Origin: Dehalococcoidia bacterium
GTDB taxonomy: Bacteria; Chloroflexota; Dehalococcoidia; SM23-28-2; RBG-16-64-32
NCBI GenBank assembly: GCA_040877915.1
Contig: JBBDNA010000012.1
Coordinates: forward strand, 41,102-105,101
Reading direction: 5' to 3'
DNA: 64,000 bases
The position numbers were made by a program, and so were the translations under genes. How positions within the stretch are numbered: the first letter of the stretch is position 1; every line of letters starts with the position of its first letter. Of the stretch, positions 31,959 to 41,759 are shown piece by piece. Below the pieces are notes generated by a model. It saw nothing but the letters and a program-made list of their open reading frames with translations. It ran no database searches and was not told the DNA's origin.

Positions 31959-33473
31959 GTGGACATTACTGTCGAAAGAGGTGACATCGCCGGCAGCGAC
32001 GCCAGCGCGGTTATCGTCAACCTGTTCGAGGGCGTCAAGAAGCCCGCCGGCGCCACCGCCGCCGTCGATGCCGCGCTGGACGGGGCGATAGGCCAGCTCA
32101 TCGCCGACGGGGAGATCAAGGGCAAGCGCGGCGAGGTGACGCTCATCCACACCCTGGGCAAGCTAACGGCCCCGCGCGTCCTCGTCGCCGGCCTGGGCAA
32201 GCAGGACGACTTCAACGCCGACGGCGCCCGTGACGTGACCGGCACGGCGCTGCGGCGCGCCCGCGGCCTCGGCGCGACGACGGTCGCCACCGTCGCCCAC
32301 GGGGCCGGCGTCGGCGATCTCGACCCCGCCACCTGCGGCCAGGCGATAGCGGAAGGCGCGATCATGGGGCTGTACCGCTTCGACCGTCACAAGAAGCCCG
32401 ACGAGAACAAGAAGGATATCGAGTCGGTCGCCATCGTCGAGATGGACGGTCCGAAGCTGCGCGGACTGCGGCGTGGCGTGGAGCGCGGCCTCATCCTGGG
32501 CCAGGCGGCCAACCACGCCCGCGACATGGCTAACGAGCCCGCCAACCTGCTCACGCCCACGGACATGGGCCGCCGCGCCCAGCAGCTGTGCAAGGACGCC
32601 GGCGTCGAGTGCCAGGTGCTGCTCAAGGCCGACATGCAGAAGATGGGGATGGGCGCCCTGCTGGGCGTGGCCGCCGGCTCCGTGGAACAGCCCCGGTTCA
32701 TCATCATGCGCCACAAGGGGCGTCGCGGCCGCGCCACCGCCGGCGGCATCGGGCTACTGGGGAAGGGGATTACGTTCGACTCCGGCGGCATCTCGATCAA
32801 GCCGGCGGCGGGGATGGAGGAGATGAAGGGCGACATGTCCGGCGGCGCCGCCGTCATCGCGGCGATGTGGGCGCTGGGCAAGCTCAACGCGCCGGTCAAC
32901 GTCACCGGCATCGTGCCCACCACGGAGAACATGCCCTCGGGCTCGGCGACGAAGCCGGGCGACGTCCACACGGCGATGAACGGCAAGACTATCGAGGTCA
33001 TCAACACCGACGCCGAGGGCCGCCTGGTCCTGGCCGACGCGATCTGCTACGCCAAGGAGCAGAAGCTCTCGCCCCTGATCGACGTGGCGACGCTCACCGG
33101 GGCGATGCAGATCGCCCTGGGGCCGGGCGCGACCGGCTTCATGGCCACCGACGACCGCCTGGCGGCGGCGATCACAGAGGCGGGCACGGCCTCCGGCGAG
33201 AAGATGTGGCGGTTCCCGCTCCTCGACGAGTACAACGAGGCGCTGCGCAGCAACGTGGCCGACATCAAGAACATCGGCAACCGCTACGGCGGCGCCATCA
33301 GCGCGGCGATGTTCCTGAAGTTCTTCGTGGAGGACACGCCCTGGGTGCACATCGACATGGCGCCCACGGACCACGTGAGCAAGGACAAGGGGGCCTGGGT
33401 GAAGGGCGCCACCGGCATCCCCGCTCGCACGCTGGTCAACGTGGCGCTAGCTCTGGGCCGAGGCCGGCGGTAG
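31959..33473 (+). CDS. pepA: leucyl aminopeptidase (M17)
   Basis: NTDAEGRLVLAD signature and GITFDSGGISIKP. GTG at 31959 (VDITVERGDI) follows GGAAAGGGGA and gives the usual N terminus. The ORF stays open to an ATG at 31923. Confidence 0.93.
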   Translation: MDITVERGDIAGSDASAVIVNLFEGVKKPAGATAAVDAALDGAIGQLIADGEIKGKRGEVTLIHTLGKLTAPRVLVAGLGKQDDFNADGARDVTGTALRRARGLGATTVATVAHGAGVGDLDPATCGQAIAEGAIMGLYRFDRHKKPDENKKDIESVAIVEMDGPKLRGLRRGVERGLILGQAANHARDMANEPANLLTPTDMGRRAQQLCKDAGVECQVLLKADMQKMGMGALLGVAAGSVEQPRFIIMRHKGRRGRATAGGIGLLGKGITFDSGGISIKPAAGMEEMKGDMSGGAAVIAAMWALGKLNAPVNVTGIVPTTENMPSGSATKPGDVHTAMNGKTIEVINTDAEGRLVLADAICYAKEQKLSPLIDVATLTGAMQIALGPGATGFMATDDRLAAAITEAGTASGEKMWRFPLLDEYNEALRSNVADIKNIGNRYGGAISAAMFLKFFVEDTPWVHIDMAPTDHVSKDKGAWVKGATGIPARTLVNVALALGRGRR

Positions 33474-33481
33474 GGCCAGGG

Positions 33482-33868
33482 CTACCGGCGCCGGAAGACA
33501 GCGCGCACGATCATCCAGGCCCCAAAGACTGTCAGCCCGGTGGTGACGATCCGCGTCCAGTCCATGATCGGCACCAACCGCGTCTCGTCCGGCGTGATCT
33601 CCAGGACTCCGACGGGCTGGACGCGAACGCCGCCACCACCACCGCCGCCGCTGCCGGCCCCGCTCTTTGCGCCGTTGCCGCCCGGCTGCTCACCGGCGCC
33701 CGAGCCGGCGCCCGCGCCGAAGCCGTAGGCCACGGCCGCCACCGGGATCAGCGTCTTTTCGCCGATCTCCCTGGGCTCGCCGAACACGACCTCCACCTTG
33801 GCCGACCCTCGGATGCGATCGGCCAGGTCCGTGACAATGCGCTCTCCGTAGGCGCTGGACTCCTGCAT
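33482..33868 (-). CDS. GerW/YtfJ-family protein with a C-terminal TM helix
   Basis: EVVFGEPREIGEKTLIPVAAVAYGFGAG, a Gly-rich loop, then VRVQPVGVLEI, as in the Spore_YtfJ family. Confidence 0.75.
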   Translation of the reverse strand: MQESSAYGERIVTDLADRIRGSAKVEVVFGEPREIGEKTLIPVAAVAYGFGAGAGSGAGEQPGGNGAKSGAGSGGGGGGGVRVQPVGVLEITPDETRLVPIMDWTRIVTTGLTVFGAWMIVRAVFRRR

Positions 33869-33910
33869 GGCGGGGACCTCCTTCTTCGACAGGCCGGACG
33901 GGGCGGGCCG

Positions 33911-34729
33911 TTACTCTTTGCTGGCGACTACGAGCAGCCAGTTACGGGGCGAAGTCTGCAGCTCCAGCTCCTTGAACGCCTCGCGGGCGCCGTGCTTCAG
34001 GGCCGCGCTGCCCTTGTCCAGGGGCACGCCGGGCAGCGCGCCTTCGATGAACAGGCTGTACTCGCTGATGTCCTCGAACCCCTTAAGGGTCATGGGCACG
34101 GGGATCACTTCGTTCTCGCGGATCCGGAAGCCGTTCGCCTCCAGCAGACCCACGTACTCCTCCCGGGTGAGCGGCTGGCGGGCCATCGCCCGGACCTGTC
34201 GGTCAGGCGAGAGGCCGTACTCCTGCCGGGTGTAGCGCAGCGCCTTCGTCATCCAGCGCCGGTAGAACTGCATCGACTCCGGGGGCTCGGCGCCCATGAA
34301 AAACGACGTGTTGAAGGAGAACGTGCCGCCCTCCCGCAAGGAGCGATAGATCTGCTGCATCACCGCGGTCTTCTCCCTGACCAGGTGGATGGCGTTGCAG
34401 AAGAAGACGGCGTCAACCGGCTTGCTGACGAGCTGGGAGAAGCGCTCGGCGCCCCCCTGGACGAAGCGGACGACGGCGTCGCCGATGTTCTCAAGGTTAC
34501 GGCGGGCCACCTCGATCGCCGACTCCGAGGGCTCGACGGCGATGACTTCCGTCCTGGAGCCGTTCGCCCCCACCTCAGCGACGATCAGTTGCGTCACCGC
34601 GCCGGTGCCCGCGCCCAGGTCTACCACGCGCAGGCCCGGCGTCAGGTGGGCAAGCGCGACAAGCCGCTTGTTGACCTCCTGGTAGAAGGGGTTCTGGGAG
34701 AACTTCTCAAGCGTGAAGGCATCGGTCAT
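33911..34729 (-). CDS. class I SAM-dependent methyltransferase
   Basis: Motif I VVDLGAGTGAV and post-I/II spacing typical of the Methyltransf_11/25 type. Confidence 0.85.
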   Translation of the reverse strand: MTDAFTLEKFSQNPFYQEVNKRLVALAHLTPGLRVVDLGAGTGAVTQLIVAEVGANGSRTEVIAVEPSESAIEVARRNLENIGDAVVRFVQGGAERFSQLVSKPVDAVFFCNAIHLVREKTAVMQQIYRSLREGGTFSFNTSFFMGAEPPESMQFYRRWMTKALRYTRQEYGLSPDRQVRAMARQPLTREEYVGLLEANGFRIRENEVIPVPMTLKGFEDISEYSLFIEGALPGVPLDKGSAALKHGAREAFKELELQTSPRNWLLVVASKE

Positions 34730-34762
34730 GGCAGACTCCTCCTCTTCAGGCAGGCGCCGCCG

Positions 34763-35959
34763 CTATCTTCGGGCAATAGCGGCCACGCGGTCAAGGATTC
34801 GCTGGGCCACATCATACTTGCCCATCAGGGGCAGCTCCTCCTCGCCGTCCCTGTCGATGAGGGTGACGCGATTGGTGTCGGCGCCGAAGCCAGCGTCGCC
34901 GGCCGTAATATCGTTAGCGGCGATCAGGTCCAGCCCCTTGTCGTCCAGCTTCCTGCGAGCGTTGGCCAGCAGGTCCTCGCTCTCGGCGGCGAAACCCACC
35001 TTAACCAGGCCCTCGCGGCGGGCCACCTCGGCGATGATATCCGGCGTGTGCACCAGCGAGAGGCTGAGCCCTTCGCCGCGGCGCTTGATCTTCTGTCCTA
35101 TCGGCTCCGCCGGCTGGTAGTCGGCCACGGCTGCGGCCATGATCAGCACGTCCGCGTCGGCGGCCTCGGCCAGGACGGCGTCGCGCATCTCGGCCGCGCG
35201 GCGGACGGGGACCAGGCGAACGGCGTAGGGCTCCGGCAGCGCCGTTTCGCCGGCGACGAGGACGACCTCGGCGCCGCGGTCCCGCGCCGCCTCCGCCACC
35301 GCGTAGCCCATCTTTCCCGATGAGTAGTTGCCGATGAAGCGGACGGGGTCGATGGACTCGCGGGTTCCGCCGGCGCTGACCACCACCTTTTTGCCCGCTA
35401 AGTCCCCTCCCACACCCAGCACGTATCTCAGCGCGCCCATAATCGTGTCAACCTCAGACATTCGCCCGGCGCCGCTATGACCCGACGCCAGCCGCCCCAC
35501 TTCCGGGCCGATGATGTGGACGCCGCGATCGCGCAGAGTCTGAAGGTGGCCCTGCGTCGCCGCGTGCTCATACATCTGTGGGTCCATCGCCGGACAGACG
35601 GCGATCGGCGCTCGGGTGGCCAGCGCCGTTAGGCTGACCATGTCCTCGGCCAGACCGAGGGCCAGGCGGGCAATCGTCGTGGCGCTGGCGGGGGCGACGA
35701 CCAGCACGTCGGCGCGGCGGGCCAGCTCGATGTGCAGCTCGGAGGCGCCGGAGGCCGTGTCGAACATGTCCACGTAGGCGGGGCGGCCGGTCAGGCTCTG
35801 GAACGTCAGGGGCGAGACGAACTTCGCGGCCGCCGGCGTGAGCACGGCATCCACGGCGGCGCCAGCCTGCGTCAGCTTGCTGGCCAGGCCGGCGGCCTTG
35901 TAGGCGGCGATGCTGCCGCTCACGCCCAGGACCACGTTCTTATCGGTCAGGTTGTACAT
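34763..35959 (-). CDS. coaBC: bifunctional phosphopantothenoylcysteine decarboxylase / phosphopantothenate-cysteine ligase
   Basis: Flavoprotein N terminus LGVSGSIAAYKA. CoaB motif NYSSGKMGYA. Confidence 0.95.
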   Translation of the reverse strand: MYNLTDKNVVLGVSGSIAAYKAAGLASKLTQAGAAVDAVLTPAAAKFVSPLTFQSLTGRPAYVDMFDTASGASELHIELARRADVLVVAPASATTIARLALGLAEDMVSLTALATRAPIAVCPAMDPQMYEHAATQGHLQTLRDRGVHIIGPEVGRLASGHSGAGRMSEVDTIMGALRYVLGVGGDLAGKKVVVSAGGTRESIDPVRFIGNYSSGKMGYAVAEAARDRGAEVVLVAGETALPEPYAVRLVPVRRAAEMRDAVLAEAADADVLIMAAAVADYQPAEPIGQKIKRRGEGLSLSLVHTPDIIAEVARREGLVKVGFAAESEDLLANARRKLDDKGLDLIAANDITAGDAGFGADTNRVTLIDRDGEEELPLMGKYDVAQRILDRVAAIARR

Positions 35960-35966
35960 TCGTCCA

Positions 35967-36737
35967 TCAGCCTCGGTTCATCTCATAGATTATACGCAAC
36001 CCCTGCAGCGTGAGGTCAGGATCGACGATATCGATGACCTGCGTTTCGCTGGCGATGAGCGCGGAGTAACCTCCGGTGCCGATGACGCGGGTCTTCGGCC
36101 CCAGCTCCTCCTTGAAGCGGGCCACGATCCCCTCGACGAGGCCGACGTAGCCAAAGACGATGCCGGCCTGGATGGCCGTGACGGTGTTGCGCCCGATGGC
36201 CGCCGGCGGGCGGACGAGCTCCACTCGGTGCAGCTTGGCGGCGCGCCGGAACAGCGCCTCCATGGCGATGCCCAGGCCGGGAGCGATGGCGCCCCCCACG
36301 TAGTCGCCGTCCTTGCTTATGCCGTCGAACACGGTGCCGGTCCCCAGGTCGACCACCACCAGCGGCGGCGGACCGTGAAAGTGCATGGCGGCCACGGCGT
36401 CGGCCACGCGGTCCACACCCACGTCGCGGGGGCTATCGTAGAGGATGCGCAGGCCGGTCTTGACCCCGGTGCCGACGATCAGCGGGTGGACCTTGACGAA
36501 GCGCTCGCACACGGCCTCGAACGTCGGGTCCAGGTCCGGCACCACGCTGCCCATGACCGCCCCATCGATGTCGCCCGCCGCTATCCCATCGTGAGCGAGG
36601 AGACTGGCCATGAGGACGCCGTACTCGTCGGGCAGTTTGCCCACATCGGTGGAGAAGCGCCAGGTTGCCCGGAGAGAGGCGTCGTTGAAGACGCCCATGG
36701 TGACGGTAGTGTTGCCCACATCCAGCGCTAGGAGCAC
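35967..36737 (-). CDS. coaX: type III pantothenate kinase
   Basis: LLALDVGNTTVTMG, VVDLGTGTVFD and IGTGGYS match the ASKHA-fold CoaX motifs. Confidence 0.93.
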   Translation of the reverse strand: MLLALDVGNTTVTMGVFNDASLRATWRFSTDVGKLPDEYGVLMASLLAHDGIAAGDIDGAVMGSVVPDLDPTFEAVCERFVKVHPLIVGTGVKTGLRILYDSPRDVGVDRVADAVAAMHFHGPPPLVVVDLGTGTVFDGISKDGDYVGGAIAPGLGIAMEALFRRAAKLHRVELVRPPAAIGRNTVTAIQAGIVFGYVGLVEGIVARFKEELGPKTRVIGTGGYSALIASETQVIDIVDPDLTLQGLRIIYEMNRG

Positions 36738-36977
36738 TTGAAGCCTCTCACGTCCACAACAGCCAGGCCATTATAGCAGGCGTCCAGCGCTGTTGACGGG
36801 CGCATTTTTGGGGCCGCGTAGGGCGGTAAGGAAAGGGAAAACTTTCCACCCCGGCGGGGCGGTTTTCCCCCGTACACTTGTCATAATAACGTTGACCGCC
36901 CTGCCAGCGAAGTTGTACCGTTCCGCCATCCGCTCCCTTCGAGTCGCCCCGACAATTGATGTGACGGAGGGAAACCC

Positions 36978-38372
36978 ATGGAAGACCCGGCAGCCATCCG
37001 AGCATGGCGCACTGCCCTCGGCCAGCTGCAGCTGCAAGTCACACGTCCCAACTATGAGACGTGGCTCAAGGATACCGTAGGACTGCGCGCTGAGAACGGA
37101 ACCTTCGTCGTCGGCACACCCTCCGACTTCGTAAGCGAATGGCTCGGCGCCAAGATGGGCCCCGTCATCGCCAAGACCGTCGCCACCATCCTCGGCCGCG
37201 AGGTCGAGATCCGGTTCCAGGTCATCGGCACCAACGGCAACGGCCACTCCAACGGCGACGGCGACGCGGCGGCCGCGCGGACCACCCTCGATCAGTCTCC
37301 CAACGGCGCCCGGACCCCGTCACCCGTCCCCTTCGGCCAGCCGGTTCACCGCCGCCTCAACCCCAGGCTCACCTTCGAGCGCTTCGTCGTCGGCGAGTCC
37401 AACCGCCTGGCCTGGGCGGCCGCCACAGCCGTCGCCGACAAGCCGGCGGAGGCCTACAACCCGCTGTTCATCTACGGCGGCTCCGGCCTGGGCAAGACCC
37501 ATCTCCTCCAGGCCGTCGCCCACCGCCTCACCAACGCCAACCTCCAGGTTACCTGCACCACCAGCGAGCAGTTCACCAACGAGTTCGTGGCCGCCATCGG
37601 CCAGGGCCGCCAGGACGAATTCCGCCGCAAGTACCGCACACCCGACGCCCTCCTCATGGACGACATCCAGTTCCTCGGCGGCAAGGAACGCACTCAGGAG
37701 GAGTTCTTCCACACCTTCAACGACCTCCACCACGACGGCCGCCAGGTCATCGTCACCTCTGACTGCAGCCCGCTGGAGATCGCCGGCCTGGAGCGGCGGC
37801 TTTGCTCCCGCTTCAACTGGGGGCTCATCGCCGACATCCAGCCGCCCGATGCCGAGACTCGGCTGGCCATCCTCCGGCGCAAGGCCAGCGAGCAGGAGCT
37901 GGAGGTCGCCCCGGAGGTCGAGGCCCTCCTCGTCGACCTCGCCCAGGACAGCGTGCGCGACCTCGAGGGCCTGCTCAACCGCGTCGCCGCCTACGCCCGT
38001 CTCATCAACGCCCCCATCACCAGCGACACGGCGTCGCGTGCCCTCAGCGCCCTCACCCCGGCTCTCCCCAGCACGCCACCCCCTCCCAACGTGATCATCG
38101 AGGCCAGCGCCCGCTACTTCAACGTCACCACGGAGGCCCTCGCCGGACCTTCACGGGCCAAGCCTAACGCCGAGGCCCGACACGTGGCCATGTACCTCCT
38201 CCGCCACGACGCCCAGCTGGCCCTGAAGCAGGTCGGCCACCTCCTCGGCAACCGCGACCACTCCACAGTCATCCACGCCTGTCGAAAAGTCCAGGCGCTC
38301 GCCAACACCGTCAAGGGCCGGCAGCAGCTCAATGACATCCGCCGCCAGTACTCGCCCAACACCCGCTCGTAA
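36978..38372 (+). CDS. dnaA: chromosomal replication initiator protein DnaA
   Basis: Walker A GGSGLGKTHLLQA, VIVTSD, a sensor region, and the C-terminal DNA-binding signature RDHSTVIHACRKV. The ATG lies 5 nt after GGAGGGAAA. Confidence 0.97.
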   Translation: MEDPAAIRAWRTALGQLQLQVTRPNYETWLKDTVGLRAENGTFVVGTPSDFVSEWLGAKMGPVIAKTVATILGREVEIRFQVIGTNGNGHSNGDGDAAAARTTLDQSPNGARTPSPVPFGQPVHRRLNPRLTFERFVVGESNRLAWAAATAVADKPAEAYNPLFIYGGSGLGKTHLLQAVAHRLTNANLQVTCTTSEQFTNEFVAAIGQGRQDEFRRKYRTPDALLMDDIQFLGGKERTQEEFFHTFNDLHHDGRQVIVTSDCSPLEIAGLERRLCSRFNWGLIADIQPPDAETRLAILRRKASEQELEVAPEVEALLVDLAQDSVRDLEGLLNRVAAYARLINAPITSDTASRALSALTPALPSTPPPPNVIIEASARYFNVTTEALAGPSRAKPNAEARHVAMYLLRHDAQLALKQVGHLLGNRDHSTVIHACRKVQALANTVKGRQQLNDIRRQYSPNTRS

Positions 38373-38552
38373 AGGCTTGTCGTGGTCATCCCACCCCCGC
38401 CAACAGCCAGCGCCTGAAACCCCCACACACTCCACACCCAAACGCGCTCTATCGCCGCTACACTCTCCACACCGCCAACACCCCTACGTACTACGACTCT
38501 CACTCTCACTTCTCCTGTCGCATTACAATTAGTTCTCGGGAGAGCATGTACG

Positions 38553-39821
38553 TTGATAGATCGAGTGCGGATTAAGGCAATCGGAGGTGGAGGTGGAAAC
38601 GGCTGCGTGAGCTTTCGCCGGGAGAAGTATGTGCCGCGTGGCGGGCCGGCCGGAGGGGATGGCGGGTCGGGCGGCAACGTTGTGATCGTGGCCGACGGGT
38701 CGGTGAGGACGCTGCGGGAGCTGGGGCGTAAGAGGATGCATAAGGCGGAGAGGGGGACGCACGGGCAGGGGTCGGGGAAGCACGGCGCGCGAGGAAGCGA
38801 CACGGTGATCCGGGTGCCGGTGGGCACGGAGGTCCGGCGTCCGGATACCGATGGCGTGCTGGCCGACCTCGACCAAGTGGGCGCGAAGGCGGTCCTGGCG
38901 CGCGGCGGCCTGGGTGGCAGAGGGAACACGTGGTTCGCGCGGGCGGAGTACCGGGCGCCGCGGATCGCTCAGCGCGGGCAGCCCGGCCAGGAGGTGGAGG
39001 TCCAGCTGGACCTGAAGCTCCTGGCCGACGTCGGCATCGTGGGGCTGCCCAACGCCGGTAAGTCGACCCTGCTGGCGGCGATATCGGCGGCGCGGCCCAA
39101 GGTCGCGGAGTACCCGTTCACGACGCTGGAGCCGGCGCTGGGCGTGGTTGAGGCCGGCTGGGAGCGGTTCGTCGTGGCCGATATCCCGGGGGTGATCGAA
39201 GGGGCGCACGAGGGCGCCGGCCTGGGCCTGGACTTCCTGCGCCACATCGAGAGGACGAAGGTGATCGTGCAACTGGTGGACGGCAGCGGCGACGACCCTC
39301 TGGCGGACCTCGACGCCGTTGGCCGCGAGCTCCAGGAGTACGGCCACGGCCTGGCCGAGCGTCCGAAGCTGATCGTCGTCAACAAAGTCGACCTGCAAGA
39401 GGTAGCGGCGCGCGCCGATGAGCTGGCGTCCGCGATAGAGGGCCGGTTCGGGGAGCGCCCGCTGGTCATCTCAGCGGCGGCAAGAGTCGGGGTTGACGAG
39501 CTGGTGACGCGGATGACGCAGGCTCTCTCCCAGGCCGAGGGGCAGCCGGCGCCCGCGGCGGAGGGTGAGGAGCTGCCGGTGCTCCGGCCGCAGCCGCTGG
39601 CCCGCCGGTTCGAGGTGGAGCGGGAGGGCGCCGGATTCCGGGTCATCGGGCAGAGAGTCGTGGCGTTCGCGGAGATGATGCCCACGGGCGTGGAAGAGGG
39701 CCGCCAGGAGCTATGGTGGCGGCTGGGCCGCTGGGGGGTCAGCGGAAGGCTGCGCAAGGCCGGCGCGCGGCCCGGCGACCGGGTGCGGCTGGGCAGCGTG
39801 GAGCTGGAGTGGCCGGGGTGA
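38553..39821 (+). CDS. obg: GTPase Obg/CgtA
   Basis: Obg fold GGGGGNGCVSFRREKY, G1 GLPNAGKST, NKVD, and a C-terminal OCT-like domain. TTG start. Confidence 0.95.
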   Translation: MIDRVRIKAIGGGGGNGCVSFRREKYVPRGGPAGGDGGSGGNVVIVADGSVRTLRELGRKRMHKAERGTHGQGSGKHGARGSDTVIRVPVGTEVRRPDTDGVLADLDQVGAKAVLARGGLGGRGNTWFARAEYRAPRIAQRGQPGQEVEVQLDLKLLADVGIVGLPNAGKSTLLAAISAARPKVAEYPFTTLEPALGVVEAGWERFVVADIPGVIEGAHEGAGLGLDFLRHIERTKVIVQLVDGSGDDPLADLDAVGRELQEYGHGLAERPKLIVVNKVDLQEVAARADELASAIEGRFGERPLVISAAARVGVDELVTRMTQALSQAEGQPAPAAEGEELPVLRPQPLARRFEVEREGAGFRVIGQRVVAFAEMMPTGVEEGRQELWWRLGRWGVSGRLRKAGARPGDRVRLGSVELEWPG

Positions 39822-40417
39822 GGCTCGGCGTGCTGGGCGGCACGTTCGACCCGGTGCATCGGGGTCACCTGGCGCTGGCCGCGGCGGCCCGCGACGAGCT
39901 GGCCCTGGACGAGGTACTGTTCGTGCCCGCCGGCCGGCCCTGGCGGAAGGCTGACAGCGAGATCAGCTCTCACACGGACCGGTTGGAGATGCTGCGGCTG
40001 GCCCTGGCGGGCGAGGACGCGTTCGCGGTCTCGACGGTGGAGCTGGAGCGCGAGGGACCGTCCTACACCGCGGACACGCTCCAGGCGCTGCACGACGAGC
40101 GCCCGGACGCCGAACTCTACTTCATCGTCGGGGCGGACGCGCTGGCGGACCTGCCGAACTGGGTGCGGCCGGAGCGCATCCTGGAGCTGGCCCGGCTGGC
40201 CGTGGCCCGTCGCGACGACGTCGACGACGAGGCCGTGCGGGAGGCCGAGCGGCGATTGCCGGCGCTCGCGACGCGCGTGGTCTGGCTGTCGATGCCGGTG
40301 CTGCCGGTGAGCGCGACCGAGATCAGGGAGCGGGTGCGCCGCGGCCAGCCGATCGAGGAGCTGGTGCCGGCGGCCGTGGCCGCCTACATCCGCGAGCGCG
40401 GGCTGTACCGGGACTAG
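39818..40417 (+). CDS. nadD: nicotinate-nucleotide adenylyltransferase
   Basis: GGTFDPVHRGHL. GTG overlaps the obg stop (GTGA). Confidence 0.9.
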   Translation: MRLGVLGGTFDPVHRGHLALAAAARDELALDEVLFVPAGRPWRKADSEISSHTDRLEMLRLALAGEDAFAVSTVELEREGPSYTADTLQALHDERPDAELYFIVGADALADLPNWVRPERILELARLAVARRDDVDDEAVREAERRLPALATRVVWLSMPVLPVSATEIRERVRRGQPIEELVPAAVAAYIRERGLYRD

Positions 40418-40422
40418 CGGGC

Positions 40423-41304
40423 TCAGCCCGAGGAGAGCGCGGCCATGATCTGCTTCGCGCGTTCGCGGTCCAGGATCAGGAAGTGCCCCTCGTCGGCGTA
40501 GAACCGGGCGTCGCAATCGGGTATGGCGCCGGCCAGGTAGTGCGCGGCGGCGGACGGTACCAGGGTGTCGGCGTCGCCGTGCCAGAGGTGTACTCTCACC
40601 GGAATCTCCTCGACGCGGAAGCCCCAGGGCCTGGACAGCATGCCCAGGTCCCAGTTCGGGCCGCGGGTGCCGGTCCGGAACGCCTCCCTGAGGTCGTCGG
40701 CGAGAGCAGTCATGACCTCAGGGCGGCGGAGGAGCGCCCCGTCCGCGGGCGGCGACCTGGCCGCTAGCCGTGCGATCAGACGCTCGGGGTTACGGCGGGC
40801 TTGCCTTTCCAGCCAGTACAACGACAGGGCACTGGTCAGGGGCGTGTAACGAGCGATGCGGAGGAAGGTGCGAGCGCGCCGGGTCAGGGACGCCGCTACC
40901 CCCGGCCCGTCCAGGGGGGCGATGCTGCTGATCGCGGCGACGCCGGTGAGGCGTTGGGGGATGCTTTGGGCGCAGGCAAGGGCGTAGGGCCCGCCGCCGG
41001 AGAAACCGGCTACGGCGAAGCGATCGATTTCCAGCGCGTCGGCGGCCTCGGCAACGTCGGAGGGCCAGTCGTTGATCCGGCGACCTCGCTTGTAGTCCGA
41101 TAGCCCGAAGCCCGGACGGTCGAGCGATATGACGCTGGCGCGGGAGCGCGAGGCGGCTTCGTACAGGACGTGTGCCTGTAGCCGGGAGCCGGGGAAGCCG
41201 TGGAAGAAGAAGAGCGGCCTGCCGTTAGGGTCGCCGCCGACGGCGTAACCGAGGGACCGGCCGTCGGCCAGGCGGAGGGTGCGACCCGAGGTGCTGTCCG
41301 GCAC
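40423..41304 (-). CDS. alpha/beta hydrolase
   Basis: Nucleophile elbow GFSGGG, HGFPGS oxyanion region, and a C-terminal His (EGHF). Confidence 0.85.
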   Translation of the reverse strand: MPDSTSGRTLRLADGRSLGYAVGGDPNGRPLFFFHGFPGSRLQAHVLYEAASRSRASVISLDRPGFGLSDYKRGRRINDWPSDVAEAADALEIDRFAVAGFSGGGPYALACAQSIPQRLTGVAAISSIAPLDGPGVAASLTRRARTFLRIARYTPLTSALSLYWLERQARRNPERLIARLAARSPPADGALLRRPEVMTALADDLREAFRTGTRGPNWDLGMLSRPWGFRVEEIPVRVHLWHGDADTLVPSAAAHYLAGAIPDCDARFYADEGHFLILDRERAKQIMAALSSG

Positions 41305-41321
41305 GCGGCGAAGCTAGCAGG

Positions 41322-41759
41322 CTACAGGGCGTAGGTCAACCGCACGCGGGCCCCGCGCGCGGCGGCCCAGTCCGCCATGGCGGCCAGCTCGCGCAGGCGG
41401 GCGGGGAGCTCGGGAAAGTCGGACGCCAGGTCGCGCAGCTCGTCGGAGCCCTCGAAAGCCTCGGCGACGGCGCGGGCGGCGCGGGCCAGCGGGGCCGGGT
41501 CCTGCCACACCGTCTCCAGCGCTCGCTCCTCCTCGGAGCTCTCGGTGCGGGCGTCGGCGAAGGTCAGCAGCGGGCCGAGGTCCAGTCGCAGCTTGTGCTT
41601 GAGGATGCGAGCGGCTTTGGCCAGCGGGTGGGCGGCGCCGTAGCGCTCGGAGTGGGCCATCGATATGAAGTAGACGACGTCCGAGCTGGGGCCGTAGAAC
41701 TCGACCGGGCAGTCCTCGTCGGCCGTCGTCTCGAAGAGGAGCGCCGTCGGGCTGGTCAT
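41322..41759 (-). CDS. hypothetical acidic protein
   Basis: 145 aa with coding-like composition. Its ATG overlaps the upstream gene's stop (ATGA at 41756-41759). No motif recognised. Confidence 0.5.
   Translation of the reverse strand: MTSPTALLFETTADEDCPVEFYGPSSDVVYFISMAHSERYGAAHPLAKAARILKHKLRLDLGPLLTFADARTESSEEERALETVWQDPAPLARAARAVAEAFEGSDELRDLASDFPELPARLRELAAMADWAAARGARVRLTYAL

Noticed and set aside
32588-35323. 911-aa plus-strand ORF and the 696-aa minus-strand ORF at 45748-47838, the longest entries in the track.
   Set aside because: Each spans several well-supported genes on both strands (pepA, GerW-like, methyltransferase and coaBC; MFS through trmO). Both have Arg/Gly/Pro-dominated low-information sequence.
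36738-36977. A canonical oriC with perfect TTATCCACA DnaA boxes and an AT-rich unwinding element upstream of dnaA.
   Set aside because: I found no perfect or single-mismatch box on either strand, only TCCACA cores. The idea is kept as an open question in the findings rather than called as a feature.
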